A DNA stretch of 53,429 nucleotides, from the IMG/VR virus record IMGVR_UViG_3300048599_000234, positions 1-53,429 of that record; one strand, 5' to 3'. Both the position numbers and the translations under genes were made by a program. The notes beneath the pieces are model-generated. The model did not search any database, was not told the DNA's origin, and saw only the letters and a program-made list of their open reading frames with translations. This stretch comes from a virus (lineage: Duplodnaviria > Caudoviricetes). Shown here in pieces: positions 8,633-17,887 of this stretch. The stretch's first letter is position 1. Every line of letters starts with the position of its first letter.

Positions 8633-11600
8633 ATGTCCCGCGTCAACGCTGCCCTGCATGCGCTGAACCGGGGCGAGGTCAGCCGCATCGCGCTGACGCG
8701 CGTCGACGCCGAGCGGCTGCGGCTGTCGGCGCAATGCCAGGTCAACTGGATGCCGTTCGTGCTCGGTCCTGCGATGCTGCGGGCGGGGCTCGGCCATGTC
8801 GGCGGCGTGTACGGCGACGCCGCCTGCCAGCTGATCGATTTCTTCTTCGCCAAGGGCGACGACGCGCTGATCGAGCTTACGGCCAACCAGGCGCGGGTCT
8901 GGATCGACGATGCGCTGATCTCGCGGGTGGCGGTCTCGACCGCGGTTTCCGACCCGAATTTCGCCGGCGGCGGCACCTGGTCGACCGCCGACACTACCGC
9001 CGGCTGCAGCGCCACCATCACCGGCGGCGTCCTGACGCTGAGCTGCAGCGCGCGCGGCGGCCTCGCCCGCGCCAGCCAGGCCATTTCGGTTGCCGGCGCC
9101 GACCAGGCGACGGAGCACGGCCTTCGCATCGTCGTCAGCAACGGCCCGGTCACCCTGCGCGCCGGCTCCTCGATGGGGCTGTCGGACTATCTCGGCGAGA
9201 CCGTGCTGGATACCGGTACCCATTCGCTCGCGCTCGTTCCGGTCGGCGGCACCATCAACCTGCAGATCGAATCGACCGACGCGCGCGCCAAGACGCTGAC
9301 GCAGGTGACGATCGAGGGCGCGGGCGTGATGACGCTGCCGACGCCGTTCGGCGAATCGGATCTCGACAACCTGCGCTGGGTATCGTCCGGCGACGTGATC
9401 TACATCGGCTGCTACGGCAGGCAGCAATACAAGATCGAGCGGCGCGGCACGCGCCCCGGCGCGCGCGGCTGGTCGTTCGTGAAATATCGCTCCAATAACG
9501 GCCCGTTCCAGGCCGCGCCGAGCGCCGATCTCACGCTGACGCCGAGCGTCATGGAAGGCAACGGCACGCTGACCGCGAGCAAGCCGCTGTTCACACTGGC
9601 CCATGTCGGCGCCCTGTTCCGGCTGTTCTCCGCCGGCCAGTCCAACCGAGCAACGCTCGGCGCCGCCAACGCCTTCACCGAGCCTTTGCGCGTGTCCGGG
9701 ATCGGCAACGATCGCAAGTTCGGCTGGGACGTGACCGGCTCCTGGATCGGCCGACTGACCCTGCAACGATCCGTCGTCGGTCCGGATTCGGGCTTTGTCG
9801 ACGTCAACAACACCACGATCAACGCCCTGGTCGCCGCCGATGACTCTGGGTCTTTCAACAATGTGGTCTGCTGGTACCGCGTCGGCTTCAAGAATGGCGA
9901 CTATACGTCCGGCTCAGCAACCATCGAGTTCGGCCAGAATACCGCAGGCGCAAGCGGCGCCAGCGTGTCGCGGACCGTCAACGCCGAAAACCAGTTCACC
10001 ACCGCGCTGGAAACGACCTCCGCGAACCGCGAATTCGTCTGCATGATCGACGGCCGGGGCTCCCCGTTCTCCGGCATCATGACCGTGCAGCGCTCCACCA
10101 CTTCGGCCGTCGCCGGATTTTCCGACTTTGCCACCATCCTGCTGTTCGCGCCGTCCCGGACCATCCTGAACCTCGATGACACCGAGATTTTTGCCAGCAC
10201 CTGGTGGCGCGCCGGCTGCAAGACCGGCGAATACGTTTCCGGCAGCGCTTCGGTTTCGCTCGAGCGGCGCGGCGCCGGCGGTGTCGGTGGCTCTCCGACC
10301 AACGGCGCCGCCGCCTTGGCTGGCGGCCGCTACGGCATCTGCCGGGTGACCGGCTACACCTCGCCGACCGAAGTATCGATAGAGGTGATCGAGCCGTTCT
10401 CCTCGCTGATCCCGACCCCCAACTGGCAGGAATCGGAATGGTCGGATGCCGCGGGCTGGCCGAGCGCGCCATCCTTCGCCGAAGGCCGCCTGTTCTGGTT
10501 CGGCGCCAAGGTGTGGGGCTCGCAGTCGAACAATTATACCGGCTACGGCGCGGCCGATGCCTATGGCAATTCCTTCGGCGACGCCGGCGCCATCGTCGAG
10601 AGTTTCGGCGAAGGCCCGGTCGACCGGATCAATTGGGGGTTGTCGCTGTCGCGGCTCCTGTGCGGGCGCGAGAGCGCGATCGCCTCGATCCGCTCGTCTT
10701 CCTTCGACGAACCGCTGACGCCGACCAATTTCGCGGTCAAGGATTGCTCCGAGCAGACCGCCGATCGCCTTCCGGCGGTGAAGGTCGGAAAGCGCGGCGT
10801 GTTCGTCTCGGGCAGCAAGGTCTACGAGCTGACCTTCGCCTCGCAGCTGATGGATTATGACAGCCGCGACCTGACGCGGCTCAACGCCGATATCGGCGCG
10901 CCCGGCTTTGTCGACGTGGCGATCGGCATCAAGCCGGACAAAACGATTTTCCTGCCGCGCAGCGAAGGCCAGGTCGCCTGCCTGCTGTACGATCCGAACG
11001 ACGAGGTCGAGGCCTGGTGGCGCCTGATGACGCTCGGCGTGGTCGAGCGCGCGCGCAAATTGCCGGCGACCGACGGCAAGGAAGACCGGATTTATTTCAT
11101 TGTGCGGCGCACGATCAACGGCCAGACCAGGCGCTTTATCGAGAAGCTCAGCGCGCGCGATTCCTGCGTCGGCGGCTCGATCAACAAGCTGCTGGACAGC
11201 CATGTGGTCTATAGCGGCGCGCCCGCGACCAGCATCACCGCGGCGCATCTGCCGAACACGCTGCTCTCGGTATGGGCCGACGGCGCCTATATCGGCACCG
11301 GCACCACCGACCTGTCGGGCGTGCTGTCGCCCTTGCCGGACGGGCTGGCGCATTCCGACATCGTCGCCGGCCTCACCGGCGCGGTGGTGACGGCGCAAGC
11401 CGATGCAGGCGCGACGATCGGAGGCATCGCTACCGGGCTTTGGGATTACGAGGGCTTTCCGTGCGAAGTGTTCGCGGACCAGCAGCCCTCCGGCCGCATG
11501 AAGCATGTCGGCACCCTGACCGTGAGTGGCGGCGCGATCGCGCTGCCGAATGGATGGCAGGCGACCTCGATCGTCGCCTGTTTCGGTTATGTCGCGCCCT

Positions 11601-11938
11601 TCATGTCGGCGAAGCTCGCTTATGCCGCGCAGATGGGCGCGCCGCTGACGCAGAAGAAGATCCTCAGCCATGTCGGCCTCGTGCTGTACGACGCCGGCGC
11701 GCAATCGCTGAAAATCGGCCAGCGCATGGACGATCTCGACGATCTGCCGGAGATCGAGGGCGAGGACGATGTCCCGGAGACGCAGGTCTGGTCGGAATAC
11801 GACGAGCCGATGATTCCGGTCGCCGGCGAATGGGACACCGACGCCAGGCTCTGCCTGCTGGCGCAGGCGCCGCACCCGGTCAAGGTCGGCGGCGTGGTGC
11901 TGCAGGTCAAGACCAACGAGAAGAATGCCCAGGGTTGA
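8633..11938 (+). CDS. Tail tubular protein B / nozzle (T7 gp12, P22 gp10-like)
   Basis: 1101 aa; NRGEVS N-terminus, GWPSAPSFAEGRLFW, VRRTING...RFIE. Confidence 0.88.
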   Translation: MSRVNAALHALNRGEVSRIALTRVDAERLRLSAQCQVNWMPFVLGPAMLRAGLGHVGGVYGDAACQLIDFFFAKGDDALIELTANQARVWIDDALISRVAVSTAVSDPNFAGGGTWSTADTTAGCSATITGGVLTLSCSARGGLARASQAISVAGADQATEHGLRIVVSNGPVTLRAGSSMGLSDYLGETVLDTGTHSLALVPVGGTINLQIESTDARAKTLTQVTIEGAGVMTLPTPFGESDLDNLRWVSSGDVIYIGCYGRQQYKIERRGTRPGARGWSFVKYRSNNGPFQAAPSADLTLTPSVMEGNGTLTASKPLFTLAHVGALFRLFSAGQSNRATLGAANAFTEPLRVSGIGNDRKFGWDVTGSWIGRLTLQRSVVGPDSGFVDVNNTTINALVAADDSGSFNNVVCWYRVGFKNGDYTSGSATIEFGQNTAGASGASVSRTVNAENQFTTALETTSANREFVCMIDGRGSPFSGIMTVQRSTTSAVAGFSDFATILLFAPSRTILNLDDTEIFASTWWRAGCKTGEYVSGSASVSLERRGAGGVGGSPTNGAAALAGGRYGICRVTGYTSPTEVSIEVIEPFSSLIPTPNWQESEWSDAAGWPSAPSFAEGRLFWFGAKVWGSQSNNYTGYGAADAYGNSFGDAGAIVESFGEGPVDRINWGLSLSRLLCGRESAIASIRSSSFDEPLTPTNFAVKDCSEQTADRLPAVKVGKRGVFVSGSKVYELTFASQLMDYDSRDLTRLNADIGAPGFVDVAIGIKPDKTIFLPRSEGQVACLLYDPNDEVEAWWRLMTLGVVERARKLPATDGKEDRIYFIVRRTINGQTRRFIEKLSARDSCVGGSINKLLDSHVVYSGAPATSITAAHLPNTLLSVWADGAYIGTGTTDLSGVLSPLPDGLAHSDIVAGLTGAVVTAQADAGATIGGIATGLWDYEGFPCEVFADQQPSGRMKHVGTLTVSGGAIALPNGWQATSIVACFGYVAPFMSAKLAYAAQMGAPLTQKKILSHVGLVLYDAGAQSLKIGQRMDDLDDLPEIEGEDDVPETQVWSEYDEPMIPVAGEWDTDARLCLLAQAPHPVKVGGVVLQVKTNEKNAQG

Positions 11939-12302
11939 GTTGCGGCCCTCGGTCGCGGCCGATTTCCTGGCGCTGCAGGGTTGTCCGCCGGCCTGGCGCT
12001 GCCAATGCATCACGGCTCTGGTCGACGGCCGGGTGATCGGCATCGGCGGCGTTGTGCATCTGCCGAACGGCACGCATGCCGCCTCGGTGATCATGAACGA
12101 GGAAGCCCGGCGCTATCCGGTGGCGATTCACCGCGCCGGCCGTGCCGCGATCGCGAAATTCAGGGAGCTCGGGCTCAAGCGCGTGCTGGCCTTCGCCGAT
12201 GCCGATACGCCGGCGTCCGAACGCTGGCTCGAGCGGCTGGGCTTCAGGCGCCTTAACGGTGTGTTTGTTTGGGAAAGTGCCGATGCATTGTCTGTCGACT
12301 GA
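11925..12302 (+). CDS. GNAT-like virion assembly protein (T7 gp13 position)
   Basis: SERWLERLGF motif; follows the nozzle gene. Confidence 0.7.
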   Translation: MPRVELRPSVAADFLALQGCPPAWRCQCITALVDGRVIGIGGVVHLPNGTHAASVIMNEEARRYPVAIHRAGRAAIAKFRELGLKRVLAFADADTPASERWLERLGFRRLNGVFVWESADALSVD

Positions 12303-12894
12303 GACGTTTCTCACGAAATACACGCTGCGCGGAGTGCTTTGCGATCCCACCACGCTGATGGTCGGCTCCATGGCGCTTTCCGCCGCCGGCGGTGCCATCA
12401 GCGCGAGTTCGACGCTCGCCGGCGGCAAATATGCCGAGGAGGCCGGGCTGCTTGCCAAGAGCCAGAGCGATGCGCGCGCCAAGCAGCTCGAGATGAATGC
12501 GAGCCAGTCGATGGCGGCGGGCCAGCGCAAGATGTTCGAGGTCCAGGAGCGCACCCGCGCGCTGGTGAACACGAACGCGGCGCGCGCCGGCGCTTCGGGG
12601 GTCGATGCCGGATCCGGCTCGCCGGCATTGAACGCGGGCGAGATCGAGGGCCGCGGCAGCTATCACGCGCTGATGGAGATGTTCAACGGCACCAGCGAAG
12701 CCACCGGCCTGCGCAACCAGGCCGCAGCCGAACGCTATTCCGGCGACATCGCGGAATGGGAGGGCCGGACCAAGAGACAGGCTTCCAAGCTTACCGCGCT
12801 TGGCACGCTGGCCGCGACCGGCGGCAACATGCTGTCGACCTATGGCCGGTTCCGCTATTCGCCGCCTCGCGGCGCGGCCGGCGTGAGCCTGTAA
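12283..12894 (+). CDS. Internal virion (ejection) protein, gp14-like
   Basis: CDPTTL..hydrophobic N-terminus, AGASGVD..GSP motif; start uncertain. Confidence 0.78.
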   Translation: MHCLSTETFLTKYTLRGVLCDPTTLMVGSMALSAAGGAISASSTLAGGKYAEEAGLLAKSQSDARAKQLEMNASQSMAAGQRKMFEVQERTRALVNTNAARAGASGVDAGSGSPALNAGEIEGRGSYHALMEMFNGTSEATGLRNQAAAERYSGDIAEWEGRTKRQASKLTALGTLAATGGNMLSTYGRFRYSPPRGAAGVSL

Positions 12895-15513
12895 GTGGCA
12901 AAGCTCCCCGGCGCCCTCGAACTTGGCGGCCTGCCGTCGCCGGATCCGTCACGCCCGATCGGCGTCTCGGAGGTAGGCGGCATCGGCCGCGGCGGCGCGG
13001 CCTTCGCCGAAGCCGGCCGCACGCTGGCCGCAGGCCTCGACAAGCTCGGCGAGGGCATGGGCGCGCTCGCGCTCGACCGCGGGCGCTACGAATATACCCA
13101 GGCCTCCGCCGAGCGCCTGACGCGCAAGATCGAGCTGTCGACAAGGCTCGAGGGCGACACCGATTACGCCACCATGCCGGAGCGCTATGGCCAGGACATC
13201 GGCAAGATCAATGAGGAAGCCGCTGCCCGCATCTCGGTGCCCGGATTGCGCGAGCGGTTCCTGAACGAAGCCGCGACCGACACCGCGAAATTCAACGCCG
13301 GCATTCACGGCCGCGCGCGCCAATTGTGGGGCGACGAAACCAAGGCGCATGTCAGCCGGCAGGGCAACACCTTCATCGAACAGGCCATCGCTTCGCCCGA
13401 CGACGAGACCCGCCGGCAGATCGTCGACGCGCATGCGGCGCAGATCGACGGCCTGCAGGCGGTCGGCGTCTACACGCCCCAGCAGGCGCTGGCCGAAAAG
13501 CGCGATTTCGCCAAGCGCTATGCCACCGCGATGTGGCTTGCGCGCGCCGACCAGGATCCCGACAGCGTCATCAACGAGCTGCGCGCCAAGCCCGGCTCGG
13601 CGGCCGCGATCACCGGCCGGATCCTGCAGAACGAGGGCTATGGCCGCAATCCGCGGTCCTCGGCCGACGGCGAGGGACAATTCATCAATTCGACCTGGCT
13701 CGACGTGCTGAAGCGCAACCGGCCGGATCTAGCGAACGGACGCACCGATCAGCAGCTGCTCGCCCTGCGCGCCGATCGCGCGCTCGGCAAGGAAATGACC
13801 GAGGCCTATCGGGCCGAGAACGAGGCTTATCTGCGCGGCCGCGGTCATGCGGCGACGCCCGGCCAGCAATATCTCGCGCATTTCCTGGGCGCGGGCGGCG
13901 CCGACGCGGTGCTGAAAGCAAACCCCAACCTGCCGGTCGAGGAAGCGCTCGCCCAGGCGGTCGGGCCCGGCAAGGCGAAGGCGATGATCGACGCCAATCC
14001 GGAGATCCTGCGCGGCAAGCTGTCGGGCTCGGTCGCGGCCTGGGCCGATCGCAAGATGGGCGGTTCGGACGGCGGCGGAATTCATGCATTCCTGCCGCCG
14101 GAGATCCGCGAGCAGATTCTGCAGCGCGCCTATACCGCGAAACACAAGCGCACCGCCGAGGATCTGACCGCGTTCAAGGCCCGCGTGCAGGATTCCACCG
14201 CCGAGGCCATGGCGACCGGTCAGGCGAAAAATCCGCTGACCGAAGAGGATTTCAATCGATCGCTCGGTCACGAGCAGGGCGCCGCTTCCTACAAGGCCTA
14301 TCAGGCACAGCTGACGCTCGGCGCCGACATGCAGCGGCTGGCCGAGATGGACCCGGCCGAGCAGCGCCGCCTGTTCGAGAGCTATGCGCCGCAGGCCGAC
14401 AGCCCGGGCTATGCCGACGCGCTGAAGCGCCAGGACGTGCTCGGCAAGGCGATCGAGCATGTCACCAAGGAGCGCGACAAGGATCCGGCGGGTTTCGCGA
14501 TCCGAAGGCTGCCGGTGGTGCGCGACTCCTACGAAGCCTTCTCCAAGGTCGTGGCCGACCCGACCGCGCCGATCGAGCAGAAGCAGGCGGCGGCGCGCGA
14601 CTTCGCGACCAAGACCGACATGGAGCAGGCCAGGCTCGGCATTCCCGCCAACCTCAGGAGTATCGTGCCGAAGGAATATATCGAAGGACTGGCAACCCGA
14701 ATCGATAATCCGAGAGCGGCCGGCGGCACGCAAGCCGTGGTGCAGATGATCGATTACGAAAAGCAGCTTTGGGGCAATGCCTGGCCGGCGATCTATCGAC
14801 AGCTGGGCAACAAGGCCGGGCCGGTCGCGCAGGTGATCGGCTCGGGCGTGTCGCCGCGCGCCGGCCAAATTCTCGCAGACCTTTCGAATGTCACGCTGGA
14901 CCACATGCTGAAAGACCAGACCGGCGTGAAGCGCATCGAGCTGACCAACGCAGTGGTGACCAGGTTCAAGCCCTTCCTTTCGTCACTGGAAGGGCATGCG
15001 GGCGGGGTCGAATTGTTCAACACCTTTCGCGGCCAAGCCGAAAAGCTCGCCGCACATTACGTATTGCGCGGCAGCACCGCCAACGATGCCGCCCTGCAGG
15101 CGTACAAGGAACTGATCACGGATAAATACGAATTCAGGCAAAGCATCAGAATTCCAAAGGCGCAGCCGCTATCGGCGGACCAGATCGAGCTCGGCGCGCG
15201 CGAGGCGCTCAATCAGATAGCGTCGCTCGACGTGATGCCTGACCGGGACAACGTTCGCGGGCTGACGCCGGACTACCTGCAGCGAGATACCGAACGCCGG
15301 CTCGCGAGGGACGGCAAGTGGGTCACCGCGCCGGACGAGGCCGGGAATCCCGAACGTGGCGTTTGGCTGGTCTATGGCGGCGAAGTTGTGGTGCGCAAGG
15401 ATGGAAAGCCGGTGTTTCTGACCTGGCAGAAGCTCGGCGAGCTCGCCGGCGAGCGCAACGAGGCCTGGCGCCAGCTCGAGGGCGGCGGCACCAGGCCGGT
15501 GGCGATGCCATGA
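12895..15513 (+). CDS. Internal virion protein with lysozyme/transglycosylase-like domain
   Basis: 872 aa; E...NPRSSADGEGQFINSTW...YLAHFLGAGGA at about 13610-14060. Confidence 0.82.
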   Translation: MAKLPGALELGGLPSPDPSRPIGVSEVGGIGRGGAAFAEAGRTLAAGLDKLGEGMGALALDRGRYEYTQASAERLTRKIELSTRLEGDTDYATMPERYGQDIGKINEEAAARISVPGLRERFLNEAATDTAKFNAGIHGRARQLWGDETKAHVSRQGNTFIEQAIASPDDETRRQIVDAHAAQIDGLQAVGVYTPQQALAEKRDFAKRYATAMWLARADQDPDSVINELRAKPGSAAAITGRILQNEGYGRNPRSSADGEGQFINSTWLDVLKRNRPDLANGRTDQQLLALRADRALGKEMTEAYRAENEAYLRGRGHAATPGQQYLAHFLGAGGADAVLKANPNLPVEEALAQAVGPGKAKAMIDANPEILRGKLSGSVAAWADRKMGGSDGGGIHAFLPPEIREQILQRAYTAKHKRTAEDLTAFKARVQDSTAEAMATGQAKNPLTEEDFNRSLGHEQGAASYKAYQAQLTLGADMQRLAEMDPAEQRRLFESYAPQADSPGYADALKRQDVLGKAIEHVTKERDKDPAGFAIRRLPVVRDSYEAFSKVVADPTAPIEQKQAAARDFATKTDMEQARLGIPANLRSIVPKEYIEGLATRIDNPRAAGGTQAVVQMIDYEKQLWGNAWPAIYRQLGNKAGPVAQVIGSGVSPRAGQILADLSNVTLDHMLKDQTGVKRIELTNAVVTRFKPFLSSLEGHAGGVELFNTFRGQAEKLAAHYVLRGSTANDAALQAYKELITDKYEFRQSIRIPKAQPLSADQIELGAREALNQIASLDVMPDRDNVRGLTPDYLQRDTERRLARDGKWVTAPDEAGNPERGVWLVYGGEVVVRKDGKPVFLTWQKLGELAGERNEAWRQLEGGGTRPVAMP

Positions 15514-17579
15514 TCTACACGGACGGACCGATGCTGCGCGCGCCGCAGCCGATCACGGAAACGGAGGTAGATCGCGCGACGTCGCTTTTGACCACATTCA
15601 AAGACACCGTGATGGAAGGGCCGATCGGTCAGCCCTACCGGGTCGCAGAATTAGGCGCCGCGAAGGCGGGAATGTCACTGCAGGAGATGGTCGAGCGCGG
15701 GCAAACGCTGGAAGGCCTGTCCGAGCTGCTGGCAGGGCCGAAACCGTCCATACCGAAATTGCCGATCGCCGATGCAAGGCAGCGCATCAAGGACGCGGGC
15801 CTTGAGAAAGAAATGCCGTTGCGCGAGGATGCCGACATTCCGGAAGCGGCTTTCGAAATCATGTTCGGCCGCGCCCGCGAGCGGCATGAGCGCAAGATGA
15901 CGATCGCGCGGGGCCCGAGCGGCATCGTCGACACGCCGCTCTGGGTCGGGACGCAGTTTCTGGCTTCGGCGGTCGATCCCTTGAACATCGCTGCCAGTTT
16001 TGTGCCTGTCGTCGGGCCGGCGCGTTATGCCCGATTGCTCGCATCTGCCGGCGAAGGCGCGCTGGCGCGAACCGGCGCGCGCGCCGCCGCAGGCGCCGCA
16101 GAGGGCGCTGCCGGCGTGGCGATGCTACAGCCGCTCGAATGGTACGCGCGCACCCAGGAGGGACAGGATTACGGGCTGAACGACATGTTGACGAACCTCG
16201 TGTTCGGAGCCGGGATCGGCGCAGTCTTCCATTCCGGCGGCGGTGCCGTCGCCGACTTCCGCCGGACGCGAAAGGGGAACGCTCTTTATCCGTTCGGCCC
16301 CGGCGAGCCGGCGGATCGCTCCGCGCCGCTTTCGGCCGACCCGCTTCCGATTTCCGCTCCTAGAGTTGACGGCGAAATCGGAAGTACCGCGTCGGAAAAT
16401 ATACGTGACAACGGAAGTCCGGCGTCCGCGCCGCCGCTCGACCTGGCGCCCGCGTCGCTGTCGGCCGCGGCCGCGCAAGATCGCCCGGCCTTGCTGCAGA
16501 TCGCCTCCGACGCGATCGACGGCCTGCGGATCAAGCTGCGCGACATGTTCACTCGCGCGGTACAGGGTCCGCCGGCGGAGGCCGGAAAGCTCGAGCTCGG
16601 GCCGGTGACCGCGGAGGGCGCTGCCCGGATCAACGCGGTGCTGCAGCGCGCTGGCATCGACGCCGACGTCACCGGATATCGGCACGAGGTCGACGCCTAC
16701 GCCACCCGCCACGCGGTCAAGCAGCACGCGGACCCGGACCGCGAGGTGCCGCGCGGCCAGTCCGCGATCACTGCGGAGGATTGGGCGATGATCCCGGATG
16801 TGCTGGCAACGCCAGACCGGGTGGATTATGCCGGCCGCACCGGCGTCGGCCGTGAAGGCATCAGCGTGCTGAAGCGAATCAACGGCCACATGCTGGTGAT
16901 CGAGGAGGTGCGCACCGGGCGCCAGACCCTGGCCGTCACGTCCGTGTGGAAATACAAAATCGATGGTGGGGATGGAGCGCCGGGACGACCGAATGCTCCT
17001 GACGGAACCCCCAGTCCTGACGTCCGAGACGCACTTCCCGGCGCGGAAGATATAGGCGCGTCGAAGCCGGGTGTCGAATCCGCCAGCGCCGCCCTGCAGG
17101 ACCTGCCGCCCGAGGTTCAGCGCGACGCCCTGCGTGCGACAATCGCCAACCTTCGGGCCGGTGAACCCGTCAGAGCCGCGGAAATGCTGAACGCTGCAGC
17201 GCAAGCAAACCCGCGGATCGAAGAATCCATGTCGCTTTTCCGGCCGCGGGAGACGCAGGCGGAAGGACCCAAGGCGGGACGGGACTTTTTCGACGATTTC
17301 GCGCGGCTGCGGGAGCCCTTCGAGGAGCCCGAGGCGCGCGCGGCGCTGCAGGAAATCGACGTGCTGCAGCCGCGCTCGATCGACATGCGGGCATCCGCCA
17401 AGGCGGCGCTGGATCAGGACGCGGTGGCGGCCGAGATGTATCAGGCCAGGCTCGCCGATATTCCCGAGCCGCAGCAGAACCGGGTCAAAGATGCTTTGCG
17501 CACGATCGACGACGAGCTGAAAGCGCACGAGGCGATGCTGAAACAGGGCGCCGCGTGTCTCGCGGCGGCTTTGGGATGA
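15510..17579 (+). CDS. Internal virion protein with inserted PBECR3-like nuclease domain
   Basis: ATGA-coupled; ASAVDPLNIAASFVP N-domain; RHAVKQH...RGQSAITAEDW..IPDVLATPD...IEEVRTG at about 16587-16958. Confidence 0.78.
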   Translation: MIYTDGPMLRAPQPITETEVDRATSLLTTFKDTVMEGPIGQPYRVAELGAAKAGMSLQEMVERGQTLEGLSELLAGPKPSIPKLPIADARQRIKDAGLEKEMPLREDADIPEAAFEIMFGRARERHERKMTIARGPSGIVDTPLWVGTQFLASAVDPLNIAASFVPVVGPARYARLLASAGEGALARTGARAAAGAAEGAAGVAMLQPLEWYARTQEGQDYGLNDMLTNLVFGAGIGAVFHSGGGAVADFRRTRKGNALYPFGPGEPADRSAPLSADPLPISAPRVDGEIGSTASENIRDNGSPASAPPLDLAPASLSAAAAQDRPALLQIASDAIDGLRIKLRDMFTRAVQGPPAEAGKLELGPVTAEGAARINAVLQRAGIDADVTGYRHEVDAYATRHAVKQHADPDREVPRGQSAITAEDWAMIPDVLATPDRVDYAGRTGVGREGISVLKRINGHMLVIEEVRTGRQTLAVTSVWKYKIDGGDGAPGRPNAPDGTPSPDVRDALPGAEDIGASKPGVESASAALQDLPPEVQRDALRATIANLRAGEPVRAAEMLNAAAQANPRIEESMSLFRPRETQAEGPKAGRDFFDDFARLREPFEEPEARAALQEIDVLQPRSIDMRASAKAALDQDAVAAEMYQARLADIPEPQQNRVKDALRTIDDELKAHEAMLKQGAACLAAALG

Positions 17580-17845
17580 GCGCGCCGATCAACCTTGCCG
17601 CGCATCGCGCTGCCCGGTCCGGCGATTGCCGCGACTGGTCGCCGCTCGACGCGCTGCGCGAATGCATCGAAAAGATCGAAAGCGGGGAATGGGACGTGGA
17701 AATGGTCTATGTCGCCATGAAGACCCGGGCCGATCGCGACGGCAATTTCCGCACGCCGAGCCGCTGCGCCGGCATGAACCGGCTGGAGAGCATCGGGCTT
17801 CTGAGCGACCACCTGCATGACACCATGACCGGCGGCCGCCGATGA
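17576..17845 (+). CDS. Hypothetical protein
   Basis: ATGA-coupled 89-aa ORF between ejection protein genes. Confidence 0.65.
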   Translation: MSAPINLAAHRAARSGDCRDWSPLDALRECIEKIESGEWDVEMVYVAMKTRADRDGNFRTPSRCAGMNRLESIGLLSDHLHDTMTGGRR

Positions 17846-17887
17846 CCGAGCACAAGGATTGCATCGACGAGAAGAGGGCCGGCGCGA

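Noticed and set aside
9914-12094. Long antisense ORFs (726 aa here; also 1952..3028, 31808..33160, 44855..45841 and others)
   Set aside because: They are shadow ORFs of GC3-rich genes on the opposite strand and have no motifs.
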